Part shown: positions 1 to 8,174 of the stretch, piece after piece
Position numbering within the stretch: the first letter of the stretch is position 1
Layout of the letters: the number at the start of each line of letters is the position of its first letter
NCBI GenBank assembly: GCA_047519685.1
Contig: JAPVSP010000427.1
Coordinates: forward strand, 1 to 33,100
Source of the DNA: Chloroflexota bacterium
GTDB taxonomy: Bacteria > Chloroflexota > Limnocylindria > Limnocylindrales > CSP1-4
Direction of reading: 5' to 3'
Length of the DNA: 33,100 bases
Notes under the pieces: generated by a model
What the model was told of the DNA's origin: nothing
The model's database searches: none
What the model saw: only the letters and a program-made list of their open reading frames with translations
Made by a program: the position numbers and the translations under genes

Positions 1-459
1 GCGCTGGGCCCGGCACCGGTCGTGCGCCAGGCACCCGACGGCGCGCGGACGACGCTCGGCGTCGGGTCCGTGTTCGTCCCGACGGGCCTCGCGGCCACGG
101 ACGACGACCTGTGGGTCGCCGACTGGGCGACCGGCATCGTGTGGCAGCTCGTACGCGACGGGGCGACGCTCGCGACGCCGGCGTTCGTCGCCGGCGACCT
201 CGTCCAGCCCGAGGGCCTCGCGGTGGACCGCAACGGCTCGTTGCTGGTCGTCGAGGCGGGCGCCGGACGCCTGACGCGGATCGACCCGGCGACTGGCGCG
301 AAGGCGATCGTGGAGTCGGGTCTCGGGCTCGGCACGCCGGCCGCGCCGGGTGCCCCGCCGATGTGGATGTTCAACGGCGTCGCCGTCGGGCCGAAGGGCG
401 ACGTCTATGTCACCGGCGACAGCGCCGGCGTGATCTATCGGTTCTCACCCGTCCCGTAG
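1..459 (+). CDS. C-terminal fragment of a beta-propeller protein (NHL / SMP-30-gluconolactonase-like blades); 5' end lies outside the window
   Basis: Frame 1 is open from nt 1, so the track 'M' at 22 is an internal GTG. Repeated blade-like segments: LWVADWATGIVWQL, PEGLAVDRNGSLLVVEAGAGRLTRIDP, GVAVGPKGDVYVTGDSAGVIYRF. Strong GC3 bias. Stop TAG at 457-459. Confidence 0.6.
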   Translation, partial: ALGPAPVVRQAPDGARTTLGVGSVFVPTGLAATDDDLWVADWATGIVWQLVRDGATLATPAFVAGDLVQPEGLAVDRNGSLLVVEAGAGRLTRIDPATGAKAIVESGLGLGTPAAPGAPPMWMFNGVAVGPKGDVYVTGDSAGVIYRFSPVP

Positions 460-566
460 GGCTCCCTGCCGGGCTCTTGCGGCGGCGCCGCGCTCCTCAG
501 GCGCCGCCGCCGGCCGTCGGGGCCGCGGCCCGCTCCGAGCCCCTGAAGCGACCGCCTCGTCCCGCC

Positions 567-823
567 CGGGCCCGGGCCGTGACCCGTGGCGGACGCTGGC
601 TGCTGCTCCACGGCGCGCTGCTCGAGCGAAGCGCGGACGGCAAGGTCGCGGTCATCATCGAGCCGGCCCCTCGCCGGAGATCGCCCCGCTCGTGGTCCAG
701 GACCATCTGAAGGCGATCTTGGAGAAGATCGGCGTGCGCAGCCGACGGGAGACGGTCGGCCGCATCCTCAGCGAGCACTACCGGCCCTCGCTCGTGGCCG
801 GGGAGCACCTCGCGAGCCACTGA
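567..823 (+). pseudogene. Remnant of a GAF-LuxR-type transcriptional regulator: 5'-truncated, frameshifted and internally deleted
   Basis: Frame 3 reads ...RARAVTRGGRWLLLHGALLERSADGKVAVIIEPA (to ~668). Frame 2 continues PSPEIAPLV|VQDHLKAILEKIGVRSRRETVGRILSEHYRPSLVAGEHLASH* with stop TGA at 821-823. This matches the C-terminal layout of actinobacterial LuxR-family regulators as I recall it (...GrWl.lhg..L......avviEPArP.ElAPl...aYGLT.RE..v......T.eIa..L.iS..TVQDHLKaIFeKvGV.sR.ELv). The whole 'YGLT...S..T' helix-turn-helix stretch is missing between APLV and VQDHL. A 1-nt frame change lies near 668-671. No room exists for the N-terminal sensor domain because the upstream gene ends at 459. Confidence 0.45.
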
Positions 824-1025
824 CGGCGCCGGGCCGGGGACGAATGGCGTCTCCCGGCTCGCCCGTGGACGGTCGCCGAGGGGGCGACCGCGATCGGCGA
901 TCCAGGGGATCCGCCGGCGCCCCCCGTCGTCCGGCCTCACGCGAGGGTCCTCGACGTCACTACCATGGGGCCAGCGCGCGGGAGCCCGCCCGCACGTCGA
1001 AGGGCGATCGAGAAGGGAGTCCCGG

Positions 1026-2033
1026 ATGGCAGCTCGCCTCGGTCTGGGTCTCGTCGGGGCGGGCCGGATGGGCTCGATCCACGCCCGGATCCTCGCCCAC
1101 GGCCTGCCCGAGGCCAGGCTGGTCGGGATCGCCGATGCCGATCTGGCCGCGGCTCGTCGCCTCGCGACCGAGGTCGACGTCGAGCTCGCCGTCGGCAGCG
1201 TCGAGGAGCTCGTGGCGGACCCCGCCGTCGACGCCGTCCTCGTCGCGACGTCCACGAGTCAGCACCTGGCGGTGGTCCGGGCGGCGGTCGAGGCCGGCAA
1301 GGACGTCCTGTGCGAGAAGCCGATCGCGCTCACCCTGGAGGAGACGAGCGCGGCCGTCGAGGCGGCCGAGCGGGCCGGCTGCCGGCTGCAGGTCGGGTTC
1401 ATGCGGCGCTGGGACGACGACTACCGGCGCGCGCGCGAGCGGATCGCGGCCGGCGCCATCGGGCGCCCGCTCCTCTTCAAGTCGCTCCAGCTCGACGCCG
1501 AGCTCCCCCCGCTCGCCTACTGCGACCCACGGGTGAGCGGCGGGATCATGGTCGACATGGGCATCCACGAGTTCGACCTGGCCCGCTGGATGGTCGGCGA
1601 CGAGGTCGCCGAGGTGCACGCCTTCGGGAGCTGGCTCGCCCACCCCGAGCTCGGCCCGCTGGGCGACGTCGACAACGCCGTGGTGAACCTCCGGTTCGCC
1701 GGAGGCGCCATCGGCAGCGTCGAGCTGAGCCGCACGGCCGCGTACGCGGAGGACGTCCGCACGGAAGTGATGGGCGACCGGGGAACGGTCTTCGTCGGGC
1801 TGCTGCCCACCGCGCCGAGCATCCTCGGGTCGGCGGCGGGGCTGGCCCACGACACGGTCCCCTCGTCGATGACCCGGTTCGCGCCGGCCTTCGCCGAGCA
1901 GGTCCGCGGGTTCGCCCGGGCGATCGTCGAGGACCGGCCGGTCGCGGTGGACGGGCGCGACGGCCGAGCCGCGCTGGCGATCGCCCTCGCCGCCGACCGC
2001 TCCCGTCGCGAAGGGCGTCCGATCGCGCTCTGA
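1026..2033 (+). CDS. Gfo/Idh/MocA-family NAD(P)-dependent oxidoreductase (inositol 2-dehydrogenase-like)
   Basis: 335 aa. N-terminal Rossmann motif GLVGAGRMG. Family-typical LCEKPIA (EKP) motif and GFMRRWD. RBS GAAGGGAG lies 6 nt before the ATG. High GC3. Confidence 0.9.
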   Translation: MAARLGLGLVGAGRMGSIHARILAHGLPEARLVGIADADLAAARRLATEVDVELAVGSVEELVADPAVDAVLVATSTSQHLAVVRAAVEAGKDVLCEKPIALTLEETSAAVEAAERAGCRLQVGFMRRWDDDYRRARERIAAGAIGRPLLFKSLQLDAELPPLAYCDPRVSGGIMVDMGIHEFDLARWMVGDEVAEVHAFGSWLAHPELGPLGDVDNAVVNLRFAGGAIGSVELSRTAAYAEDVRTEVMGDRGTVFVGLLPTAPSILGSAAGLAHDTVPSSMTRFAPAFAEQVRGFARAIVEDRPVAVDGRDGRAALAIALAADRSRREGRPIAL

Positions 2034-2065
2034 CCGGGCCCTGCCCTCAGCCGCGCGAGGTCGGG

Positions 2066-2090
2066 GCCGCCGGCCGCGGTCGCCGGCGGC
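2066..2090. terminator. Stem-loop between convergent genes (possible bidirectional terminator)
   Basis: GCCGCCGGC (2066-2074) / loop CGCGGTC / GCCGGCGGC (2082-2090), a perfect 9-bp stem. It lies between the stops at 2033 (+) and 2103 (-). No U-tract. Confidence 0.4.
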
Positions 2091-2102
2091 GGCCGCCGTC
2101 CG

Positions 2103-3026
2103 TCAGAGGCCCAGGCCGCGCAGGTACTCGCGGTTCCGGCGCTGGCTGTCGACGACCATGACGGACGTGTCGGCCGCACCGAGGAAGCGGTCCTGCTCGA
2201 CGACCAGCCAGCCGCGGTAGCCGTGCTCGCGAAGGGCGGCGACGACCTCGGCGATCCCCGAGTCGCCCTCGCCAAGGTCCGTGAAGACGCCGTTCGCCAC
2301 CGCCTCGGCGAACCCGTGCTCGGTCCGGCGGGCCGCCTCGAGGACCGTCCGGCTGCAGTCCTTGAGGTGGACGTGCCGGATCAGCTCGTGATAGGCGTGG
2401 ACCGACGCCGTGGGGTCGGCGCCGCCGAAGCGGAAGTGGCCGGTGTCCAGGCAGAGCCCGAGCAGCGAGGGATCGAGCCGCTCCATGACCCGCTCGATCT
2501 CGTCGGCCGTCTCGACGTACGTCCCGGCGTGCGGGTGGACGACGACCTCGAAGCCGGCCGCGCGACAGATCTCGGCCGCCCGATGGAGGTTCGACATCAG
2601 GACGCCGAGGCGGGCCGCGGGCAGCCACGCCTCCGGGTGCTCGGCGATCCGGCCCGACCAGGCCTGGCGGACCGGCTCGTCGAGGCCGTCGGCCAGGACG
2701 GCCAGCGGGCTCGACCCGTCGGGCGTCGCCTCGCGGAGCAGCGCGAGGCTGCGGCGCAGCCAGGCGCGATCCTCGTCGACGCATTCCGGGTGGCTGAGGC
2801 GTTGCGGCAGGAACGCCCCGACGAACCGCAGGCCGCGCGAGGCCAATCGCTCTCGGGTCGTCGGCCCGTCACCGAGATAGCCGGGCGGGCCGAGCTCGGT
2901 CCCGGCGTACTCGAGCTCGACCATCCAGTCGAGCATCTCGTCGGGATCGGGCGTCCAGGCGCCCGGCGGGAGCACCTCGTCGACCCCGAACGAGCAGGGC
3001 GCGTTCGCGACGGGCAGCGCGTCCAT
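2103..3026 (-). CDS. Xylose-isomerase-like TIM-barrel protein (sugar phosphate isomerase/epimerase family; IolE / MocC-like inosose dehydratase candidate)
   Basis: 307 aa. Motifs VVHPHAGTYVE, LCLDTGH and HVHLKD are typical of the AP_endonuc_2/IolE fold. Strong RBS GGGAGGAGGGG sits directly upstream of the ATG at 3026. Confidence 0.85.
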   Translation of the reverse strand: MDALPVANAPCSFGVDEVLPPGAWTPDPDEMLDWMVELEYAGTELGPPGYLGDGPTTRERLASRGLRFVGAFLPQRLSHPECVDEDRAWLRRSLALLREATPDGSSPLAVLADGLDEPVRQAWSGRIAEHPEAWLPAARLGVLMSNLHRAAEICRAAGFEVVVHPHAGTYVETADEIERVMERLDPSLLGLCLDTGHFRFGGADPTASVHAYHELIRHVHLKDCSRTVLEAARRTEHGFAEAVANGVFTDLGEGDSGIAEVVAALREHGYRGWLVVEQDRFLGAADTSVMVVDSQRRNREYLRGLGL

Positions 3027-3044
3027 CCCCTCCTCCCGGCCTGA

Positions 3045-3073
3045 CCCGCGGGCCGCCTGACGCGGCCGGCGGG
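3045..3073 (-). other. Intercistronic stem-loop abutting the stop codon of the Zn-ADH gene
   Basis: Plus strand reads CCCGCGGGCCGC (3045-3056) / loop CTGAC / GCGGCCGGCGGG (3062-3073), giving 11 of 12 positions paired. It sits between the ADH stop (3074) and the RBS of the next gene. It could be a partial terminator or an mRNA-stability element. Confidence 0.35.
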
Positions 3074-4078
3074 CTACGGCCTGATCACGACCTTGGTCGC
3101 CTCGCCGGACCTGATCCGGGCGATCCCTTCGGCGGTCCGCTCGAGGGGCAGGATCTCGCTCACGATCGGCCGGAGGTCGAGCTGGCCGCTCTCCACGAGG
3201 CGGATCGCCGACGGGAATGTGAAGTTCGAGATGTAGGAGCCGAGGACCGTCAGGCCCTTCCGCGTGATCTCCACCTGAGGGATCGCGGGCCGGGCGTTGT
3301 CGTTCATCCCGAACAGGACGATCCGGCCGGCCATCGCCGCCGCCTCGATGGCCTCCGCCAGCACGCTCCCGACGGCATCGACGACCACCGCTGCCCCATC
3401 CGGCAGCAGCGTCGATCGCCGGGTGGCGAACTCGGCGGGCGTCAGCACGACGTCGGCCCCGATCGCGCGAGCGACCGGCTGGCGATGAGGGCTCGGCTCG
3501 ACGACGACGACCGGGGTCGCGCCGGAGGCCTTCAGGACCGCCACGAAGAGGCAGCCGATCGCTCCCGCGCCGAAGACGACCGCCGATTCGCCCGGGCGCA
3601 GCGCCGCCCGGTTCGTGCCGTTCACGACGCAGGCGAGGGGCTCGACGAGCGCGGCGATCTCGGCCGGGACGTCGTCGGCGATCGGGTAGACGGAGGCGGC
3701 CGGCACGAGCACGTGGCGGGCAAGCCCTCCGTCACGGTAGACCCCGAGTGCGACGATCCGGCTGCAGCTGGCCGGCCGGCCGGCGCGGCAGGACTCGCAG
3801 CTCCCGCACTTCGGGTCCGGGTCGGCGACGACCCGACGGCCCACGGCCAGCCCGGGGACGGCCTCGCCGACGGCTGCGATGCGACCGACGAACTCGTGGC
3901 CGATGATCGTTCCCGGCGTGGCGGGATGGCCGGGCGGGACATCGAGGATGTGGACGTCGCTGCCGCAGATCCCGCACGCCTCGACCTCGATGAGCACCTC
4001 GTCCGGGGCGCCGAGCGTCGGCTCCGGCACCTCCCGGATCGCCAGCCGCCCCTCCCCCTCGAAGACCGCCGCGCGCAT
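3074..4078 (-). CDS. Zinc-binding medium-chain alcohol/polyol dehydrogenase (sorbitol/threonine-dehydrogenase-like)
   Basis: 334 aa starting MRAAVFEG. Catalytic Zn motif CGICGSDVH plus GHEFVG. Structural Zn cluster CGSCESCRAGRPASC. Rossmann motif VVFGAGAIG. RBS GGGAGGTG lies 8 nt upstream. The start ATG (4078-4076) overlaps the upstream TGA (TGATG). The track ORF to 4411 is an N-terminal over-extension. Confidence 0.9.
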   Translation of the reverse strand: MRAAVFEGEGRLAIREVPEPTLGAPDEVLIEVEACGICGSDVHILDVPPGHPATPGTIIGHEFVGRIAAVGEAVPGLAVGRRVVADPDPKCGSCESCRAGRPASCSRIVALGVYRDGGLARHVLVPAASVYPIADDVPAEIAALVEPLACVVNGTNRAALRPGESAVVFGAGAIGCLFVAVLKASGATPVVVVEPSPHRQPVARAIGADVVLTPAEFATRRSTLLPDGAAVVVDAVGSVLAEAIEAAAMAGRIVLFGMNDNARPAIPQVEITRKGLTVLGSYISNFTFPSAIRLVESGQLDLRPIVSEILPLERTAEGIARIRSGEATKVVIRP

Positions 4079-4944
4079 CACGCCTTCACCTCCCTGGGTT
4101 GGCGGTGCGGACGCAGGAGACGGCGGCCGCGGGTCAGGACGAGCGAGCCTAGGCCGAACACCCCGAGCGTCGCGAACAGGATGACCGTGGCGACCGCATT
4201 GACCTCGGGAGTGACCCCGAACTTGATCTGCGTGTAGATGAAGATCGGCAGGGTCAGCTGCGGGCCGATCGTGAAGTAGGTGATGACGAACTCGTCGATC
4301 GACAGCGTCACGCTCAGGAGGGCTCCGGCGACGATCGCCGGGGCGATGAGCGGCAGCACGATGTGCCGCAGGGTCGCGGGGCCGTCGGCCCCGAGGTCGG
4401 CGGCGGCCCACTCCAGCCGTCGATCGAAGCCCTGGAGCCGCGCCGCGACGATGAGCACGACGAACGGGGTCGTGAAGACGAGGTGCCCGGCGATGACCGT
4501 CATCAGGGACAGGTTCACGTCGGCGACCCGGTGGAAGAAGATCAGCAACCCGATCCCGAGCAGGACGCCCGGGATCATGATCGGCATCGTGAACAGCAGT
4601 CGCGCGGTCCCCGGCGCCGGGATGCCACCGCGGACGAGCGGGAAGGCCGCCATCGTCCCGATGATCGTGGCAAGGATGGCCACGGCCAGCGCGACGATCA
4701 CCGAGTTCAGGACGGCCGTCTGGATCGCGCTGTCGGACAGCATCTGCTGATACCAGTGCAGCGTCAGGCCGGTGATGGGAAGGCCGGGCGTCGACGCCTC
4801 CTCGAACGAGAACAGGATGAGGAACGCGATCGGCACGTACAGGAACACGAGGATGACCCCGGCGAGGATCTTGAGGAGCCAGCGCGTCTGCCGGGCGAAT
4901 GGACTGACCGGCATCGTCTCGAGCGGGCTGATCGTCCTAGCCAC
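4078..4944 (-). CDS. ABC transporter permease, PotC/PotI-like (spermidine/putrescine-type family)
   Basis: 288 aa with about 6 hydrophobic helices. EAA-loop region EWAAADLGADGPATLRHIVLPLIAPA. GTG start at 4944 overlaps the upstream stop by 8 nt; an alternative ATG exists at 4914. Confidence 0.85.
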   Translation of the reverse strand: MARTISPLETMPVSPFARQTRWLLKILAGVILVFLYVPIAFLILFSFEEASTPGLPITGLTLHWYQQMLSDSAIQTAVLNSVIVALAVAILATIIGTMAAFPLVRGGIPAPGTARLLFTMPIMIPGVLLGIGLLIFFHRVADVNLSLMTVIAGHLVFTTPFVVLIVAARLQGFDRRLEWAAADLGADGPATLRHIVLPLIAPAIVAGALLSVTLSIDEFVITYFTIGPQLTLPIFIYTQIKFGVTPEVNAVATVILFATLGVFGLGSLVLTRGRRLLRPHRQPREVKA

Positions 4945-5854
4945 GGGCCACCACGTCCTCGACCCGCAGGTACCGCCGGAAGACGATCAGGACCACCGTG
5001 ACGAAGGCCGCGATGACGATCGCCAGCGCCGCACCCTCCGGGATCTGGGCGCCCCTGAAGTAGTTCACCACCAGGTTCGCGATGAGGCTGCCCTGGGCCC
5101 CGCCGACCAGCGTGGGCGTCAGGAACTCGCCGAGGATGGGGATGAACACGAAGATGCAGGCGGTGATGATGCCGGCCCGGATCTGCGGCAGAAGGATGAA
5201 CCGGAACGCCTGGTCCGGTCGCGCCCCCAGGTCCTGTGCGGCGTTGAGCTGCGCGAAGTCGAACTTCTCGAGTGCCGCATACAGCGCGAGGGCGGCGAAT
5301 GGGAAGTACACGTAGACCAGGACGATGAACACGCCGAGGTCGTTGTAGACGAACAGGAGCGATGGCTGCTTGATCAATCCGATCGCCTGGAGGAGCTGAT
5401 TCAGCGCGCCGTGCTCGCCGAGGATCGCCTGCCACGCGTAGACCCGCAGCAGGTAGCTCGTCCAGAACGGCACGATGACGGCCAGCAGGATGACCCGCTG
5501 CCAGCGAGGGTTGACGTAGCGGACCAGGAAATAGGCGAACGGGAGAGCCGTGGCGAGACCGGTCAGGGTCACCGCGCTGGCCATGATCAGCGTCTTGGCG
5601 AACGTCCGCAGGTAGGTCGGGACGGTGAAGAACTTGACGTAGTTGTTCAGGTTCCAGACCTGCTCGATGTCGAAGTTCACGTTCGTCCGCCAGAAGCTGT
5701 AGACGAGCATGAACGCCATCGGGATCAGGAACAGGAAGAGGAGCAGCGCAAGACCCGGCAGGAACGGGGCGGCCCGTCCCAGCCGGTGTCGCGCGGAGCG
5801 CCGGGTATCCGCCAGCGGGGCTGCCTCAGCCCCGCTGGCGAGCACCGGGCCCAT
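4937..5854 (-). CDS. ABC transporter permease, PotB/PotH-like
   Basis: 305 aa from MGPVLASG. Multiple TM helices. EAA loop LNAAQDLGARPDQAFRFILLPQIRAG. The track ORF to 6691 runs through the upstream SBP gene in another frame, so the start is set at the first ATG after the SBP stop (5881). Confidence 0.85.
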   Translation of the reverse strand: MGPVLASGAEAAPLADTRRSARHRLGRAAPFLPGLALLLFLFLIPMAFMLVYSFWRTNVNFDIEQVWNLNNYVKFFTVPTYLRTFAKTLIMASAVTLTGLATALPFAYFLVRYVNPRWQRVILLAVIVPFWTSYLLRVYAWQAILGEHGALNQLLQAIGLIKQPSLLFVYNDLGVFIVLVYVYFPFAALALYAALEKFDFAQLNAAQDLGARPDQAFRFILLPQIRAGIITACIFVFIPILGEFLTPTLVGGAQGSLIANLVVNYFRGAQIPEGAALAIVIAAFVTVVLIVFRRYLRVEDVVARG

Positions 5855-5880
5855 CGGACCGAAGCCGTCCGGACGCTCGG

Positions 5881-7056
5881 CTAGGCGCCGAAGACCTCGT
5901 TGAAGGCATCGATCGCCCCCTGGGTCGAGACACCCGGCCCCTTGAGGGTCATGGTCAGGACCGTCTCGGGCTTGTTGTACAGGAACCGGTCGGCGCGATC
6001 CTGCTGACCCTGGTTGATGAGCAGCTTGTAGGCCTGCTCGTTGAACAAGGGCCGTCCGTTCAGGATGAAGTTGGCGGCGATGTACTCGGCCTGCTCGGCG
6101 ACCTCGAGGAACGGCTTGATCAGCTTCGTGTTCGAGCCGCCCTTGACGATCATCTCGGAGTCCATCCAGCCGATGGTCCCCTCCTTCGGGGTGAAGACCT
6201 TGAGCTCCGGTCCGCCCTGGTCCTTGACCCGCTCCTCCGTCCCGAGGTTGCCGGTGGCGATCCAGGCCTCCTCGTTCTTGAGCGCGGCGATCGTGTCGGT
6301 GTTCTGCTGGGCGAACCTGAGGATGTTCGGCTTCAGCTTGATCGCCAGGTCCTTGGCCTTGGCGATCTCGTCCGTGGTCATGTTGTACGGGTCCTTGACG
6401 CCGGCCAGCTTGCCCATGTAGGCCATGACCTCGACCGGCTGGTTCTCGACGACGACCCGCTTGAGGTACTTCGGGTCGAGCAGGACCTCCCACGAGTCGG
6501 GCGTCGTGGTCACGTACTTCGGGTTGTAGTAGATCTGGACGGGCGACCAGCCGAACGGGTAGCCCAGGTAGCCCTCGGGCTTCTTCCAGATCGCGAAGTC
6601 GCGGGCGATGGAATAGAGCTGCTGCGACACCTTGAGCTCGTTGATGTCCCAGGCCTCGATCAGCCCCGATTCGAAGTACTTGGGGACCCACAGGGCGTCC
6701 CCGGAGATCATGTCGAGCTGCCCGCCGACCTCCTTGAGCTTGGTGTAGCCGTCGGAGTTGTCGGCCAGCTCCGTGATGTTCGTCTTGATGCTGTTGGCGG
6801 AGCCGATCGCGTCGAGCTGAGCCTGGTACCAGTGGTCGCTCCAGGTCATCCAGTTGAACGTGCCGGTCGGTGCGGAAGACGGGCTCGCCGCGACGCTGGC
6901 CGCCGCGCTCCCCGCCGCGCTGGCCGCCGCGCTCGGCGACGGGGTGCTCCCCGTGGAGCAGGCCGCGGCGATCCCGCCGAGCCCGACAGTGGCGCTGACC
7001 GCGCCGGTCGCTTTCAGGAACTGCCGCCGACTGAGCTCCCTAGCCAGAAGATCCAC
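5881..7056 (-). CDS. Extracellular solute-binding lipoprotein, PotD/PotF-like (polyamine/amine-type SBP family), with a Tat-type signal
   Basis: Start set at GTG 7056 because of the strong RBS AGGGAGG 8 nt upstream. N-terminus [33 protein letters not shown] contains a twin-arginine motif plus a lipobox Cys, followed by a Ser/Ala-rich linker. The mature part is typical of the SBP_bac_8/PotD fold (FNWMTWSDHWY..., GYPFGWSP). Overlaps the potA-like stop by 17 nt. Confidence 0.85.
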   Translation of the reverse strand: MDLLARELSRRQFLKATGAVSATVGLGGIAAACSTGSTPSPSAAASAAGSAAASVAASPSSAPTGTFNWMTWSDHWYQAQLDAIGSANSIKTNITELADNSDGYTKLKEVGGQLDMISGDALWVPKYFESGLIEAWDINELKVSQQLYSIARDFAIWKKPEGYLGYPFGWSPVQIYYNPKYVTTTPDSWEVLLDPKYLKRVVVENQPVEVMAYMGKLAGVKDPYNMTTDEIAKAKDLAIKLKPNILRFAQQNTDTIAALKNEEAWIATGNLGTEERVKDQGGPELKVFTPKEGTIGWMDSEMIVKGGSNTKLIKPFLEVAEQAEYIAANFILNGRPLFNEQAYKLLINQGQQDRADRFLYNKPETVLTMTLKGPGVSTQGAIDAFNEVFGA

Positions 7057-8164
7057 CGGGCGTCCCTCCCTTGGTGTCGTCATCTCCGATGAAGGCCGCA
7101 TCCTCGGCCGACCACCATACGCACGCCTCCTGACCCAGCTCTCCCGTCATCTCGACCGACCGGACATTCGTCCCGTGGGGGCGCAGCACCACCATGTCGC
7201 CGCCGGCCGTGGCCACCGTGATGCGGGTGTGATTACCGAGGAATGCGACGTTGGCGATCCGCCCGACGAGCCCCGGCCCTGGCAGCGCCGGGTGGACCGG
7301 CCGGAGCGACAGGGATTCCGGGCGGATCATCAGGGTCGCCGGACCGACCCGACTGCCCGCGGGGGCATCGACCCGGCCGCCGGTGGCGAGCACGAACGTC
7401 GGACGCCCGGCGTCCACCTCGACCCGGCCCGCCAGGAAGTTCGTCTCCCCGACGAAATCCGCCACGAACCGGTTGACCGGCCGGTCGTAGACCTCCCGCG
7501 GCGTCCCGGTCTGGATCACGTTGCCCTCGGACATGATCGCGACCCGGGTCCCCATCGAGAGGGCCTCTTCCTGATCGTGGGTCACGAACACGAAGGTCGT
7601 CCCGACCTGGCGGTGGATCCGCGACAGCTCCACCTGCATCTGCTTGCGGAGCTTGAGGTCCAGTGCCCCAAGGGGCTCGTCGAGGAGCAGGACGGCAGGG
7701 CGCTTGGCCAGCGCCCGGGCGAGGGCCACCCGCTGCTGCTGCCCGCCGGAGAGCTGCGCCGGCAGGCGCTCGGTCAGGCCTCTGAGACCGACCAGCTCGA
7801 GATACTCCGCGACCCGGGTCGCGATCTGGGGACCCGACAGGCGCTCCATCCGCAGGCCGAAGGCGACGTTCTGGGCGACCGTCATGTGCGGGAACAGCGC
7901 GTAGTTCTGGAACACGGTGTTGACGTTGCGCTTGTGCGGCGGCAGGTCGTTGACCCGTCGCCCCTCGATCCGCAGCTCGCCCGAGGTCAGCGGGATGAAC
8001 CCGCCGATGAGATTGAGCGTGGTCGTCTTGCCGCAGCCGGATGGCCCGAGGAGGCAGAAGAACTCGCCCTGGCCGATGTCCAGCGTCACGTCGTCGAGGG
8101 CCGTCGTGTCCGCGTAGCGCTTCGTGGCACGGATGAGCTCGATCGCGGGGCGTCGGTCGGCCAT
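7040..8164 (-). CDS. ABC transporter ATP-binding protein, PotA-like with C-terminal TOBE/regulatory domain
   Basis: 374 aa from [15 protein letters not shown]. Walker [10 protein letters not shown], signature [15 protein letters not shown], Walker [13 protein letters not shown]-loop FVTHDQ. Start set at ATG 8164, just after the LacI stop at 8175. Confidence 0.9.
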   Translation of the reverse strand: MADRRPAIELIRATKRYADTTALDDVTLDIGQGEFFCLLGPSGCGKTTTLNLIGGFIPLTSGELRIEGRRVNDLPPHKRNVNTVFQNYALFPHMTVAQNVAFGLRMERLSGPQIATRVAEYLELVGLRGLTERLPAQLSGGQQQRVALARALAKRPAVLLLDEPLGALDLKLRKQMQVELSRIHRQVGTTFVFVTHDQEEALSMGTRVAIMSEGNVIQTGTPREVYDRPVNRFVADFVGETNFLAGRVEVDAGRPTFVLATGGRVDAPAGSRVGPATLMIRPESLSLRPVHPALPGPGLVGRIANVAFLGNHTRITVATAGGDMVVLRPHGTNVRSVEMTGELGQEACVWWSAEDAAFIGDDDTKGGTPGGSSG

Positions 8165-8174
8165 GTCGCCCACG

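Noticed and set aside
3074-4411. N-terminal extensions of several track ORFs: 3074-4411, 4937-6691, 5881-7101, 7040-8233, 9291-11015, 14077-15435, 15254-16528, 17591-18913, 18805-20325, 19635-20708, 20551-21573, 25450-27138.
   Set aside because: The extensions overlap the upstream gene, are Arg/Pro-rich and motif-free. Internal starts with RBSs give proteins of canonical family length, beginning where homology-type motifs begin.
4078-8164. Calling the ABC transporter a bona fide spermidine/putrescine (PotABCD) system, with gene symbols potA-D.
   Set aside because: Only family-level resemblance is visible. The genomic context (LacI regulator, DegT aminotransferase, polyol dehydrogenases) argues for a different amine-containing substrate, so no gene symbols were assigned.
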